From: an uncultured Actinomycetes bacterium
GTDB lineage: Bacteria; Actinomycetota; Thermoleophilia; Gaiellales; JAICJC01
Length of the DNA: 64,000 bases
Assembly (NCBI GenBank): GCA_963809205.1
Contig: CAWEIS010000004.1
Span: 87,001 to 151,000 of the forward strand
Direction: 5' to 3'
A model generated the notes under the pieces. That model was not told the DNA's origin and searched no databases. It saw nothing but the letters and a program-made list of their open reading frames with translations. This document shows positions 39,426 to 48,039 of this stretch, one piece after another (position 1 is the stretch's first letter; every line of letters starts with the position of its first letter). Both the position numbers and the translations under genes were made by a program.

Positions 39426-39821
39426 GTGGCGATCGAGTACGAATGGCGCGGCGGCTTCGACGACCGCGAGGTGAGCGCGCTGCACGCCGAGGGGTTCGAA
39501 CACGAGCTGACCATCGACGGCTGGCTCGCCCAGGTCGGGCGCCACAGCCTGGGCTGGGTGTGCGCCCGCCGGGAGGGCGAGCTGGTCGGCTTCGTCAACG
39601 TCCCCTGGGACGGCGAGACCCACGCCTTCATCATGGACACGCTGGTCACGGCCGCATGTCGCCGGCTGGGCGTCGGCCGTGAGCTGGTCGCCGTCGCCGA
39701 GCGCGAGGCACGCGCCGCCGGCTGCCAGTGGCTGCACGTCGACTTCGAGGACCACCTGCGCCCGTTCTACTTCGACGCGTGCGGGTTCACGCCGACCAAC
39801 GCCGGGTTGATCGAGCTGTAG
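39426..39821 (+). CDS. GNAT family N-acetyltransferase
   Basis: 131 aa reading ...VGFVNVPWDGETHAFIMDTLVTAACRRLGVGRELVAVAEREARAAGCQWLHVDF. Confidence 0.7.
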   Translation: MAIEYEWRGGFDDREVSALHAEGFEHELTIDGWLAQVGRHSLGWVCARREGELVGFVNVPWDGETHAFIMDTLVTAACRRLGVGRELVAVAEREARAAGCQWLHVDFEDHLRPFYFDACGFTPTNAGLIEL

Positions 39822-39840
39822 CCCGACTACGATACGCGCC

Positions 39841-41103
39841 ATGTTCCAGAAGACGACACTCCCCAACGGGCTGCGCGTGATCACCAGCCCCATGCCCGCC
39901 GCCAAATCCGTCGCCGTGATGGTGATGGTCGCCGCGGGTAGCCGTTACGAGACGAAGCCCACCAGCGGCATCGCGCACTTCGCCGAGCACATGTTCTTCA
40001 AGGGCACGGAGAAGCGGCCGACCGCCAAGGACATCTCAGCCGAGGTCGACGGCATCGGCGGCGAGTTCAACGCATTCACCGGCAAGGAATACACCGGCTA
40101 CTACATCAAGTGCGCCGCGGAGCACCGCGAGCTCGCGCTGGACGTGCTGGCCGACCAGCTGCTGTCGTCGCGCTTCGACCCCGAGGAGATCGAGCGGGAG
40201 AAGGGCGTGATCATCGAGGAGCTGAACATGTACGTGGACACGCCGCGTGACCACGTGGACAGCGTCTACGACCAGCTGCTGTTCGGCGACCAACCGCTGG
40301 GCTGGGACATCATCGGCACCAAGGAGACGATCCGCGCCGCGGAGCGCGACAGCTTCCTCTCCTACCTCGATTCGTGGTACGCACCGCGGCGGCTCGTGGT
40401 CGGCGCCGGCGGCGCCGTCGACGACGGCTTCGTGGCCGAGGTCGAGCGGCACTTCGGGCACCTCGCTGACCGCAACACCGGTGACGCGCAGCCGGTGGAG
40501 GTCGTCCAGACCGAGGCTCGCGTGCGGCTGGCCACTCGCGACTCCGACCAGGCGCATCTGCGGCTGGGCGTCCGCGGTATCGAGACCACCAGCCCCGACC
40601 GGTACGCCATGCAGCTGCTGACGGCGATCCTCGGCGGCGGCATGTCGTCGCGGCTGTTCACCGAGGTGCGCGAGCGCCTCGGCCTCGCCTACTACGTCTA
40701 CGGCTACCACCAGAGCTACGCCGACGCGGGCACCCTGTTCGCGCAGGCCGGCGTCGACACCGAGCGGATCGATCAGGCGGTCTCGACGATCGCCAAGGAG
40801 TTCCGCTCGATGGCCGACAAGACGGTGCCGGCGGATGAGCTGCGCCGCTGCAAGAACTACCTGAAGGGGCGGCTCGTGCTGCAGCTCGAGGACCCGCGCG
40901 GGCTGCTGATGTTCGGGCTGCGGCGCGAGGTGCTCGAGAACCGGCTGGCGGAGCCCGAGGAGCTACTCGATGCGATCGAGGCGGTGACGGCCGAGGACGT
41001 CCAGCGGCTGGCCCACGAGATCGTCGTCGACGACGGCCTGAACTTCGCGCTGGTCGGGCCCTTCGACGACCACCAGCGGTTCCTCGACCTGCTGGCGGCC
41101 TGA
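39841..41103 (+). CDS. M16-family zinc peptidase (insulinase/pitrilysin-like)
   Basis: 420 aa with the inverted zinc motif HFAEH followed by the EKGVIIEE glutamate. Typical M16B length. Confidence 0.85.
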   Translation: MFQKTTLPNGLRVITSPMPAAKSVAVMVMVAAGSRYETKPTSGIAHFAEHMFFKGTEKRPTAKDISAEVDGIGGEFNAFTGKEYTGYYIKCAAEHRELALDVLADQLLSSRFDPEEIEREKGVIIEELNMYVDTPRDHVDSVYDQLLFGDQPLGWDIIGTKETIRAAERDSFLSYLDSWYAPRRLVVGAGGAVDDGFVAEVERHFGHLADRNTGDAQPVEVVQTEARVRLATRDSDQAHLRLGVRGIETTSPDRYAMQLLTAILGGGMSSRLFTEVRERLGLAYYVYGYHQSYADAGTLFAQAGVDTERIDQAVSTIAKEFRSMADKTVPADELRRCKNYLKGRLVLQLEDPRGLLMFGLRREVLENRLAEPEELLDAIEAVTAEDVQRLAHEIVVDDGLNFALVGPFDDHQRFLDLLAA

Positions 41104-41104
41104 T

Positions 41105-41746
41105 CTACCCAGGCAACAGAATCCGGGCGAGGCTCTCCGCGAGCCACGTCGCATAGGCGGTGCGCGACCAGCCGCGCCTGCGCATCAGCAGCTGCTGCAG
41201 GTCGGAGCTGGCCAGCGCCCACACGGTGTCCACCGCGACGGCGCGGTCGACCGACAGCGGTCCGCGCGCGCTCAGGGCGTCGACGAACTCCGCCAGACCG
41301 GCGCGGCGCGCGCGGTCGATCCCACGTTGGAGCTCGGCGATCGGAGGCTCGCTGACCGCAGCAGCGTCGACCACCGCCATCAACGGACCGACCCGCTCCA
41401 GGCGGCGGACGATGTCGGCGGCGAACATCTGCAGCTGCGTGCGCTGGTCGCGCTCGGCGACGACTGCGCGGGGTCCCGCCTGCTCGGGGATCGGCGCCTC
41501 GTCGCCGAGCCGGGCGGCGCGGCGGACGAGCGCATCGAGTAGGGCCGACTTGCTGCCGAACGCCTGGTACACCGTCTCCGCCGACACCCCGGCCCGGCCC
41601 GCGATCGCCGCGACCGACGTCCCCGCGAACCCGCCCTTGACGAACAGCACACCGGCGGCGTCGAGGATCCGAGCGCGTGTCTGCTGGGCCTGCTCGCGCC
41701 GCCGCTCGGAGCGATATGGGCGCTTGCGCTTGACATCTCCGCTCAT
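41105..41746 (-). CDS. TetR-family transcriptional regulator
   Basis: 213 aa. The N-terminal HTH reads RILDAAGVLFVKGGFAGTSVAAIAGRAGVSAETVYQAFGSK. Confidence 0.88.
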   Translation of the reverse strand: MSGDVKRKRPYRSERRREQAQQTRARILDAAGVLFVKGGFAGTSVAAIAGRAGVSAETVYQAFGSKSALLDALVRRAARLGDEAPIPEQAGPRAVVAERDQRTQLQMFAADIVRRLERVGPLMAVVDAAAVSEPPIAELQRGIDRARRAGLAEFVDALSARGPLSVDRAVAVDTVWALASSDLQQLLMRRRGWSRTAYATWLAESLARILLPG

Positions 41747-41752
41747 TCGGCT

Positions 41753-41783
41753 ACTGTAACCCAGTATTCGATACAGTGATACT
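41753..41783. promoter_or_regulatory. Candidate TetR operator: nested inverted repeats in the TetR/SnoaL divergent intergenic region
   Basis: ACTGTA (41753-41758) -N13- TACAGT (41772-41777), and AGTAT (41763-41767) -N11- ATACT (41779-41783), within a 48-bp AT-enriched gap. Confidence 0.45.
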
Positions 41784-41794
41784 CAAGTGAAAGG

Positions 41795-42211
41795 ATGAGG
41801 ACGATGGGATCTCCCGATACGGTTCTCAGGCGCCTGATCAACGAGGGGTTCTCCGGCGGCCGGCTGGAGGTTGCCGACGAGCTGATCGCGCCAGACGTGA
41901 TCGAGCACCAGGACTACGGCCCCGGCCACGCGCCCGGCGCCGAGGGCGTCAAGGCCGTGATGGCGTCGCTCCGCCGGGCGTTCTCCGACTTCCGGCTGGA
42001 CATCGAGGACATCGCCGTGGACGGCGATGTCGCCTGGGCGCGCAACGTCGCCACCGGCACCAACGACGGCTCGTTCATGGGCCACCCGCCGACCGGGAAG
42101 CCGATGCGGATCGACGTGATCGACGTCGTGCGCGTGCGCGACGGCCGGATCGTCGAGCACTGGGGCGTCCCCGACAGGCTCGGCGTGCTCCGCCAGCTGG
42201 GACTTACCTAG
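41795..42211 (+). CDS. SnoaL-like ester cyclase family protein
   Basis: 138 aa reading ...DVIEHQDYGPGHAPGAEGVKAVMASLRRAFSDFRLDIEDIAVDGDVAWAR...GKPMRIDVIDVVRVRDGRIVEHWG. An in-frame ATG at 41804 is an alternative start. Confidence 0.75.
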   Translation: MRTMGSPDTVLRRLINEGFSGGRLEVADELIAPDVIEHQDYGPGHAPGAEGVKAVMASLRRAFSDFRLDIEDIAVDGDVAWARNVATGTNDGSFMGHPPTGKPMRIDVIDVVRVRDGRIVEHWGVPDRLGVLRQLGLT

Positions 42212-43353
42212 CGAATCTCCAGCTCGTAGTCGAAGTCGGTCAGCACCTCGTTGCCATCCGCGGTGATCAGGATCAGATCCTCCAGGCGGACGCCGCCGAA
42301 GTCCTTGCGATAGACGCCGGGCTCGTTGGTGACCACGTCGCCGGCGTCGAGGCTGGGGCTGCCGCCCATCCCCATGTAGGGCGCCTCGTGGACGTCGAAA
42401 CCGACCCCGTGGCCGAGGCCGTGGAAGAAGTCCTCCTCGAGGCGCTCTCCCTCGGCCAGGCCGCGGCTGGTGCGGAACCCGCCGGCCTCGATCACGTCGC
42501 AGGCGACCTCCCACGGCCGCGCGCCGGGGACGCCGGGGCGGATCGCGTCGGTGCTGCGCTTGAGCGACTCGAGCACCACGGCGTGCATGTGCCTGAGCCG
42601 GTCGGGGGCGTCGCCGAAGCAGAACGTCCGGGTCATGTCCGCGCAGAATCGGCTCTCGCTGTCCTTGGGGAAAACGTCGATGATGATCGACTCCCCCGGC
42701 TGGATCGGGCCGCTGCCGAGGTCATGGACTCGTGCGCCGCCTGGGCCCGCGCCGACGATCGGCGGCTCGCCCTCGCAGCCGTGGGCGCGCAGCACCGAGA
42801 CGATCTCCTCGCGCACCCGCTCGCAGGTCAGCGTCTCGCCGCCGGCGACCAGTCCCTCGCCGCCGGGGGTGGCGGACCCGATCAACTCGCGGGCCGCGGC
42901 GAACGCGGCCTCGGTTGCGCGCTGGGCCGCCCGGATGCCCTCGATCTGGCGATCGGTCTTGAGGCGCCGGCGGGCCTCGAACAGCTCGCGATCGGGCGTC
43001 ACCGTCAAGCCGTGCTCGCGCAGGTAGTCGGCCAGCCCGACGGGAAACGTCGGCGGCACGGCCACCGTGCTGACCCCCGCCTTCTCCACCGAACGGCGGA
43101 CCGACTCCATCTGCGCCTGGTGCGGTTCCATCCCAGCGCGCACCAGCTCGCGGATCCCGAAGTCGTCGTCGGTCCAGATCTCGCCGGCAGTCGAGTCGCG
43201 GCGCATCACCTCGACCTCGAGCGTGTTGGTGACGATGATCCGGCGGCCGTCGGTCTCGATGTAGGTGTAGGGATCGGTGCAGGGGACGCCGGTTGCGACG
43301 AACATGTCGGCGTCCCGCATGGAATCAGCGTGAATCAGCAGCGAGTCAGTCAT
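42208..43353 (-). CDS. M24-family Xaa-Pro aminopeptidase/dipeptidase
   Basis: Internal ATG 43353. 381 aa with ...FCADMTRTF...HGLGHGVGFDVHEAP...NEPGVY...GVRLEDL metal-ligand motifs. Confidence 0.85.
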   Translation of the reverse strand: MTDSLLIHADSMRDADMFVATGVPCTDPYTYIETDGRRIIVTNTLEVEVMRRDSTAGEIWTDDDFGIRELVRAGMEPHQAQMESVRRSVEKAGVSTVAVPPTFPVGLADYLREHGLTVTPDRELFEARRRLKTDRQIEGIRAAQRATEAAFAAARELIGSATPGGEGLVAGGETLTCERVREEIVSVLRAHGCEGEPPIVGAGPGGARVHDLGSGPIQPGESIIIDVFPKDSESRFCADMTRTFCFGDAPDRLRHMHAVVLESLKRSTDAIRPGVPGARPWEVACDVIEAGGFRTSRGLAEGERLEEDFFHGLGHGVGFDVHEAPYMGMGGSPSLDAGDVVTNEPGVYRKDFGGVRLEDLILITADGNEVLTDFDYELEIR

Positions 43354-43366
43354 GGTCCGGACGCTA

Positions 43367-43387
43367 CCACCTGGTGGATGATCCACC
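43367..43387. promoter_or_regulatory. Nested perfect palindromes built from CCACC/GGTGG in a 35-bp divergent intergenic gap
   Basis: CCACCTGGTGG (43367-43377) and GGTGGATGATCCACC (43373-43387) share the central GGTGG. They end 1 nt before the mocA-like ATG (43389). Confidence 0.4.
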
Positions 43388-43388
43388 G

Positions 43389-43928
43389 ATGACGAGCCCC
43401 CGACCGCACCGCGTCGCCGGCATCGTGCTCGCCGCGGGTGCCGGCACGCGCTTCGGCGGTCCGGTCAAACAGCTGCACCTCCTCGACGGCCGGCCGATGC
43501 TCGAGCACGTGCTGGCGACCATGGCCGAGGCGGGGCTCGACGAGGTGATCGTCGTCCTCGGAGCGAACGCCGGCGCCGTGCTGGAGGGCGTCGACCTACA
43601 CGGCGCGCGGCCGGTTGTCAGCGAACGGTGGGCGGACGGCCAGGCGGCGTCGCTGCAGGACGCCCTGGCCGCCACCGATGCGGGCGCAGCGTTGATCGTG
43701 CTGGGCGACGGCCCGCGGCTGTCTGCCGACGCCGTACGCCGGATCGCCGCGGCGGACGGACCGGCGGCCGCGGACTACGGCTCGGGCCGCTCACACCCGG
43801 TGCTGCTCCCCCGCACGGTCTGGAGATCGCTGCCGGCCGCCGGCGAAACGCCCGGCCGAGAGGTGCAGGTGCGCCTGGTGGACTGCGGCGACCTGCCGCC
43901 TCCGGGCGATGTCGACTACCCGGACTGA
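43389..43928 (+). CDS. MobA/MocA-like nucleotidyltransferase (molybdenum cofactor cytidylyl/guanylyl-transferase family)
   Basis: ATG 43389 is in frame with ORF 43293..43928. GIVLAAGAGTRFGG.KQL...ALIVLGDGP. 179 aa. Confidence 0.7.
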   Translation: MTSPRPHRVAGIVLAAGAGTRFGGPVKQLHLLDGRPMLEHVLATMAEAGLDEVIVVLGANAGAVLEGVDLHGARPVVSERWADGQAASLQDALAATDAGAALIVLGDGPRLSADAVRRIAAADGPAAADYGSGRSHPVLLPRTVWRSLPAAGETPGREVQVRLVDCGDLPPPGDVDYPD

Positions 43929-44155
43929 GCCCGCAGCTGCAGGCGCACCTTGTCGACCAGGTCGTTCGGGACCGGGTCGCCGCAGCAGACCGTCTTCACC
44001 GTCTCGCGGAGCTGCGCCTCGAAGTGGTACCGCTCGCGGCAGTACTCGCACTCGCCCAGATGCACCTCGATCATGCTGACCTCGTCGGGCGTCAGCGAGC
44101 GGTCGAGGTACGCCTGGAGCTGGTGTTCGACGCCCTTGCAGGTGTCCACCGTCAC
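43916..44155 (-). CDS. rsrA: Zinc-binding anti-sigma factor (ZAS, RsrA/RshA-like)
   Basis: 79 aa with HLGECEYC (HxxxCxxC) plus an upstream Cys (TCKG) and a downstream CC. Start overlaps the sigma gene stop. Confidence 0.8.
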   Translation of the reverse strand: MTVDTCKGVEHQLQAYLDRSLTPDEVSMIEVHLGECEYCRERYHFEAQLRETVKTVCCGDPVPNDLVDKVRLQLRAQSG

Positions 44156-44727
44156 GTGTCTCCTCCTGGGATCTGCTCGGCCAGCGCGCGCTTCAGCAGG
44201 CGCCGCCCGCGGTGCAGCCGTGACATCACCGTCCCGATCGGGACGTCCAGGATCTCGGCTGCATCCTGATATGAGAAATCGCCGACGTCGACAAGGACGA
44301 CGGCCTCACGGAAGTTCTCGGGAAGGTTAGCTATCGCGTCCAGAATCGCCTCGCCCGAGAGACGGTTGAGCACGACCTCGTGCGTCTGAGGCGGCGTCTC
44401 ACCGGCCAGCTGGTCGTACAGGAAGTACTCGCTCTCGTCGTCCAGCACCTCCACGGCCGGGCGCCGGCTCTGCTTGCGCGCCTCGTCCAGGTAGACGTTG
44501 CGCAGGATCGTCGCCAGCCAGGCGGCGAGGTTCGTGCCCGGTCGGTAGCTCTCCCACGCCCGCAGCGCCCGCAGGTAGGTCTCCTGGACGAGCTCCTCCG
44601 CGGTCTGGGGCGAGCCCGACAGCCGCAGCGCGATGCGGTACAGCTGGTCGGCATGCGTCAGCGCCTCCTCCTCGAAGGGAGCCCGGCCGGGCGCGTCCGC
44701 TGGGGTCTGTTGTGCCACTGCCGTCAC
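44152..44727 (-). CDS. sigH: ECF sigma factor, SigH/SigR-like
   Basis: 191 aa with region 2 (ELVQETYLRALRAWESY...WLATILRNVYLDEARK) and region 4 (FREAVVLVDVGDFSYQDAAEILDVPIGTVMSRLHRGR). Followed by the ZAS anti-sigma gene and preceded by a SigR-type promoter. Confidence 0.8.
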   Translation of the reverse strand: MTAVAQQTPADAPGRAPFEEEALTHADQLYRIALRLSGSPQTAEELVQETYLRALRAWESYRPGTNLAAWLATILRNVYLDEARKQSRRPAVEVLDDESEYFLYDQLAGETPPQTHEVVLNRLSGEAILDAIANLPENFREAVVLVDVGDFSYQDAAEILDVPIGTVMSRLHRGRRLLKRALAEQIPGGDT

Positions 44728-44738
44728 GCTACCAGGCT

Positions 44739-44765
44739 CAACGAGGCGGCCCGCCGATCCATTCC
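44739..44765 (-). promoter_or_regulatory. SigR/SigH-type autoregulatory promoter GGAAT-N18-GTTG
   Basis: The minus strand reads GGAAT (44765-44761), an 18-nt spacer, then GTTG (44742-44739). The -10 element ends 12 nt upstream of the sigH GTG (44727), implying a very short leader. Confidence 0.7.
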
Positions 44766-44804
44766 CGGCAGGTTTTAGTCACTTGAGCTATTATTCGCCG
44801 GGCC

Positions 44805-46274
44805 GTGACCGAAACACGGAGAGCCCCCGACCTCCTGATCGCCGGAGCCGGCGTCGCCGGACTCTACGCAGCCGTTTGCGCAAGCCAGCGCGGCGCCCGG
44901 GCGATGCTGGTCACCAAGGGCTCGCTGCGCGCCTCGAACTCATTCTTCGCCCAGGGCGGCGTCGCCGCCGCGATCGGCCCGGACGATTCGCCTCAGCAGC
45001 ACCTGGGGGACACCGTCCGCGTCGGCCGCGGCTTGTGCGACCCGGAGGCCGTGCGAACGCTGGTCGAGGACGGGCCGAGCCGGATCGCGCACCTCGCATC
45101 GCTGGGCGTCGGCTTCGACACCGGTCTGGGCGGCACATACGCGCTGGGACGCGAGGGCGGCCACAGCCGGCGGCGGATCCTCCACGCCGGCGGGGCGGCC
45201 ACGGGTGCCGCGATCGCCGAGACGCTGATCGAGCAGGTGACCGCGGACGAGAACATCGAGGTCGTCGAGCACACCGCGGTGATCGGCATGGCCACCGACG
45301 GGACCACCTGCGACGGCGCCTGGCTGCTGGGCCACGACGAGCTGCACCGGGTGCGCACGCCGATGACGATGCTCGCGACCGGCGGCGCCGGCGCCCTGTA
45401 CTTGCGCTCGACCAACCCGCCCGGTGCGCTGGGCGACGGCATCGCGCTCGCCCACCGGGCCGGCGCGGCGATCCGGGATATGGAGTTCGTGCAGTTCCAC
45501 CCCACCGCCCTGGCCGTCGGCGAGCGTGCCTTCCTGGTGTCCGAGGCCGTCCGCGGCGAGGGGGCACTGCTGGTCGGCGAGCACGGCGAGCGGTTCGTCG
45601 ACGAGCTGGCCGGCCGCGACGTCGTCGCCCGGGCGATCCAGCAGCGGCTGGACGCGGGCCACACCAGCTACCTCGACCTGCGCCATCTCGACGCCGGGAC
45701 GATCCGCACCCGGTTCCCGAACCTCGTGAAAGGCGTGGCCGGTGCGGGACTCGACCTGACGGACGACCTGATCCCCGTGGCGCCGGCCGCCCACTACCTG
45801 ATGGGCGGCATCGAGACCGGGCTCGAGGGCCAGAGCACCGTCGACGGCCTGTATGCCTGCGGCGAATCCGCGTCGAGCGGCGTCCACGGCGCCAACCGGC
45901 TGGCCTCGAACTCCCTGCTCGAGTGCTTCGTGTTCGCGCACCGCGCCGTCGACCATGGGCTGGGCCGGGCCGGGGCGACCGTCGACGCCGCCGCGCCCGA
46001 GCGCACCCGGCAGCGCGCGCCGCTGGCCGAGCTGCGGCGACGAATGTGGGAGGGCGCCGGCCCCACCCGCGACGCCGGCGGACTGACCGAGCTGTGCGAC
46101 TGGCTGGCCGATCACCCGGGCGGCAACCCCGTGCTGGTCGCGGAGATGATCGCCGCATCGGCGCTGCGCCGCGAGGAATCGCGCGGCGCGCACGTCCGCA
46201 CAGACCACCCGGACGAGAACCCCGACCTTGCGAGGAGCCTGCGGTGTCCACCGCTGCACGCACGAGCGATGTGA
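44805..46274 (+). CDS. nadB: L-aspartate oxidase
   Basis: 489 aa with LIAGAGVAGLYAA, FFAQGGVAAA, HSRRRILHAGGAATG, EFVQFHPTAL, LVSEAVRGEGA, GVHGANRLASNSLLE and ESRGAHVRTDHP. Confidence 0.9.
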   Translation: MTETRRAPDLLIAGAGVAGLYAAVCASQRGARAMLVTKGSLRASNSFFAQGGVAAAIGPDDSPQQHLGDTVRVGRGLCDPEAVRTLVEDGPSRIAHLASLGVGFDTGLGGTYALGREGGHSRRRILHAGGAATGAAIAETLIEQVTADENIEVVEHTAVIGMATDGTTCDGAWLLGHDELHRVRTPMTMLATGGAGALYLRSTNPPGALGDGIALAHRAGAAIRDMEFVQFHPTALAVGERAFLVSEAVRGEGALLVGEHGERFVDELAGRDVVARAIQQRLDAGHTSYLDLRHLDAGTIRTRFPNLVKGVAGAGLDLTDDLIPVAPAAHYLMGGIETGLEGQSTVDGLYACGESASSGVHGANRLASNSLLECFVFAHRAVDHGLGRAGATVDAAAPERTRQRAPLAELRRRMWEGAGPTRDAGGLTELCDWLADHPGGNPVLVAEMIAASALRREESRGAHVRTDHPDENPDLARSLRCPPLHARAM

Positions 46275-47089
46275 TCGACCTGGCGCTGGCCGAGGACGTC
46301 GGCACCGGCGACGTGACGACCGAGGCGACGGTGCCGGCCGGCGCGCGGGGAGTTGCCGACGTGGTCGTCCGCGAGCCCGGCGTCGTCTGCGGCCTGGACG
46401 CAGCGATCGTCGTGTTCCGCCGGCTCGACCCGGACGCCGAGATGGACGTGCGGTTGCCCGACGGCACCGCCGTCGCCGATGTGCCGGCCACCGTTGCCAC
46501 GGTGCGCGGCAGCTACCGCGCGCTGCTCACCGGCGAGCGCACCGCTCTCAACCTGCTGCAGCGCCTGTCGGGGATCGCCACCGCCACCAGCGAGTACGTG
46601 GACGCAGTGCGGGGCACCGGGGCGACGATCCTCGACACCCGCAAGACGGCGCCGGGCCTGCGCGCGCTGGACAAGCACGCCGTGGTCTGCGGCGGCGGCC
46701 GCAACCACCGGGCCGGGCTGGACGACGCGGTGCTGATCAAGGACAACCACGTCGCCGTCGCCGGCGGGGTGGTTCCCGCCGTGCGGGCGATGCGCGCGTA
46801 CCGGCCTGACCTGCCCGTGGAGGTCGAGGTGGACACGCTCGAGCAGCTCGACGAGGCGCTCGCGGAACGGGCCGAGATGATCTTGCTGGACAACATGACG
46901 ACCGCGCGGCTGCGTGAGGCGGTGCTCCGCACCGCCGGCCAAGCCTGGCTCGAGGCGTCCGGCGGCATCACCCTGGCGACCGCGCGAGCGATCGCCGAGA
47001 CCGGAGTCGACGCACTCTCCGTCGGCGCACTGACCCACTCGGTCCGGGCGCTCGACGTCGCATTGGAGGTATCCCCATCGCAACCGTGA
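46244..47089 (+). CDS. nadC: Nicotinate-nucleotide pyrophosphorylase (carboxylating)
   Basis: GTG 46244 lies 6 nt after GAGGAG, in frame with ORF 44633..47089. ...ALAEDVGTGDVTT...LLTGERTALNLLQRLSGIAT...ILDTRKTAPGLR...AVVCGGGRNHR...IKDNH...ILLDNM. Confidence 0.9.
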   Translation: MSTAARTSDVIDLALAEDVGTGDVTTEATVPAGARGVADVVVREPGVVCGLDAAIVVFRRLDPDAEMDVRLPDGTAVADVPATVATVRGSYRALLTGERTALNLLQRLSGIATATSEYVDAVRGTGATILDTRKTAPGLRALDKHAVVCGGGRNHRAGLDDAVLIKDNHVAVAGGVVPAVRAMRAYRPDLPVEVEVDTLEQLDEALAERAEMILLDNMTTARLREAVLRTAGQAWLEASGGITLATARAIAETGVDALSVGALTHSVRALDVALEVSPSQP

Positions 47090-48039
47090 CCACACCCGAT
47101 ATCACCGCGCTCCACGACCAGGTGCGCGAGCTGGCCGAGACGCGCAACGCCGTGATCCTGGCCCACAACTACCAGGTGCCCGAGGTGCAGGACGTGGCCG
47201 ACTACGTCGGCGACTCGCTCGGGCTCTCCCAGCAGGCGGCGGCGACCGACGCGAACGTGATCGTGTTCGCCGGCGTCCACTTCATGGCCGAGACCGCGGC
47301 GATCCTGGCGCCCGACAAGACGGTGCTGATCCCCGACCTCGAGGCGGGCTGCTCGCTGGCGGCGTCGATCGACGCGGACGCGCTGCGCCACTGGAAGGAC
47401 GAGAACCCCGACGCGGTCGTTGTCTCATACGTCAACACGACCGCCGAGGTGAAGGCGCTCTCCGACTACTGCTGCACCTCCGGCAACGCCCAGAAGATCA
47501 TCGAGGCGGTGCCCGAGGACCGGGACATCCTGTTCCTCCCGGACATGTTCCTGGGCTCGTACCTGGAGCGGATCACCGGCCGCAAGATGAAGATCTGGCC
47601 GGGCGAGTGCCACGTCCACGCGGGGATCCGGCCGGACGACGTGACCAAGATGATGGAGAGCCGCCCGGGCGTCGACCTGCTGATTCATCCCGAGTGCGGA
47701 TGCGCCAGCCAGTGCATGTACGCCGCCGCGCACGATGCCAAGCTGGCGCAGACGACCCATGTCCTCTCCACCGAGGGCATGGTCAAGCTCGCCCGCTCGT
47801 CGGAGAAGCCGGAGTTCGTCGTGGCCACCGAGACCGGCATCCTCCACCGGCTCCGCAAGGAGGCGCCGGAAAAGCGGTTCTACGCGATGAGCGAGCGCGC
47901 GGTCTGCCGCTACATGAAGATGATCACACTGGAGAAGGTGCGCGACTCGCTGCGCGACATGCAGCACCACGTGACGGTGCCGCCCGAGGTCGCCGAGCGG
48001 GCGGAGGGCGCGATCCGGCGCATGGTCGAGATCGTGTGA
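47086..48039 (+). CDS. nadA: Quinolinate synthase
   Basis: 317 aa with ILAHNYQ, DYVGDSL, VFAGVHFMAET, SYVNTTAEVKA, CTSGNA, CHVH and HPEC. Confidence 0.9.
   Translation: MTTPDITALHDQVRELAETRNAVILAHNYQVPEVQDVADYVGDSLGLSQQAAATDANVIVFAGVHFMAETAAILAPDKTVLIPDLEAGCSLAASIDADALRHWKDENPDAVVVSYVNTTAEVKALSDYCCTSGNAQKIIEAVPEDRDILFLPDMFLGSYLERITGRKMKIWPGECHVHAGIRPDDVTKMMESRPGVDLLIHPECGCASQCMYAAAHDAKLAQTTHVLSTEGMVKLARSSEKPEFVVATETGILHRLRKEAPEKRFYAMSERAVCRYMKMITLEKVRDSLRDMQHHVTVPPEVAERAEGAIRRMVEIV

Noticed and set aside
44633-47089. 818-aa ORF spanning the nadB region
   Set aside because: Only the last 281 codons (from GTG 46244) encode NadC. The upstream part is an alternative frame of nadB with Arg/Pro-rich low-complexity sequence typical of high-GC off-frame ORFs.
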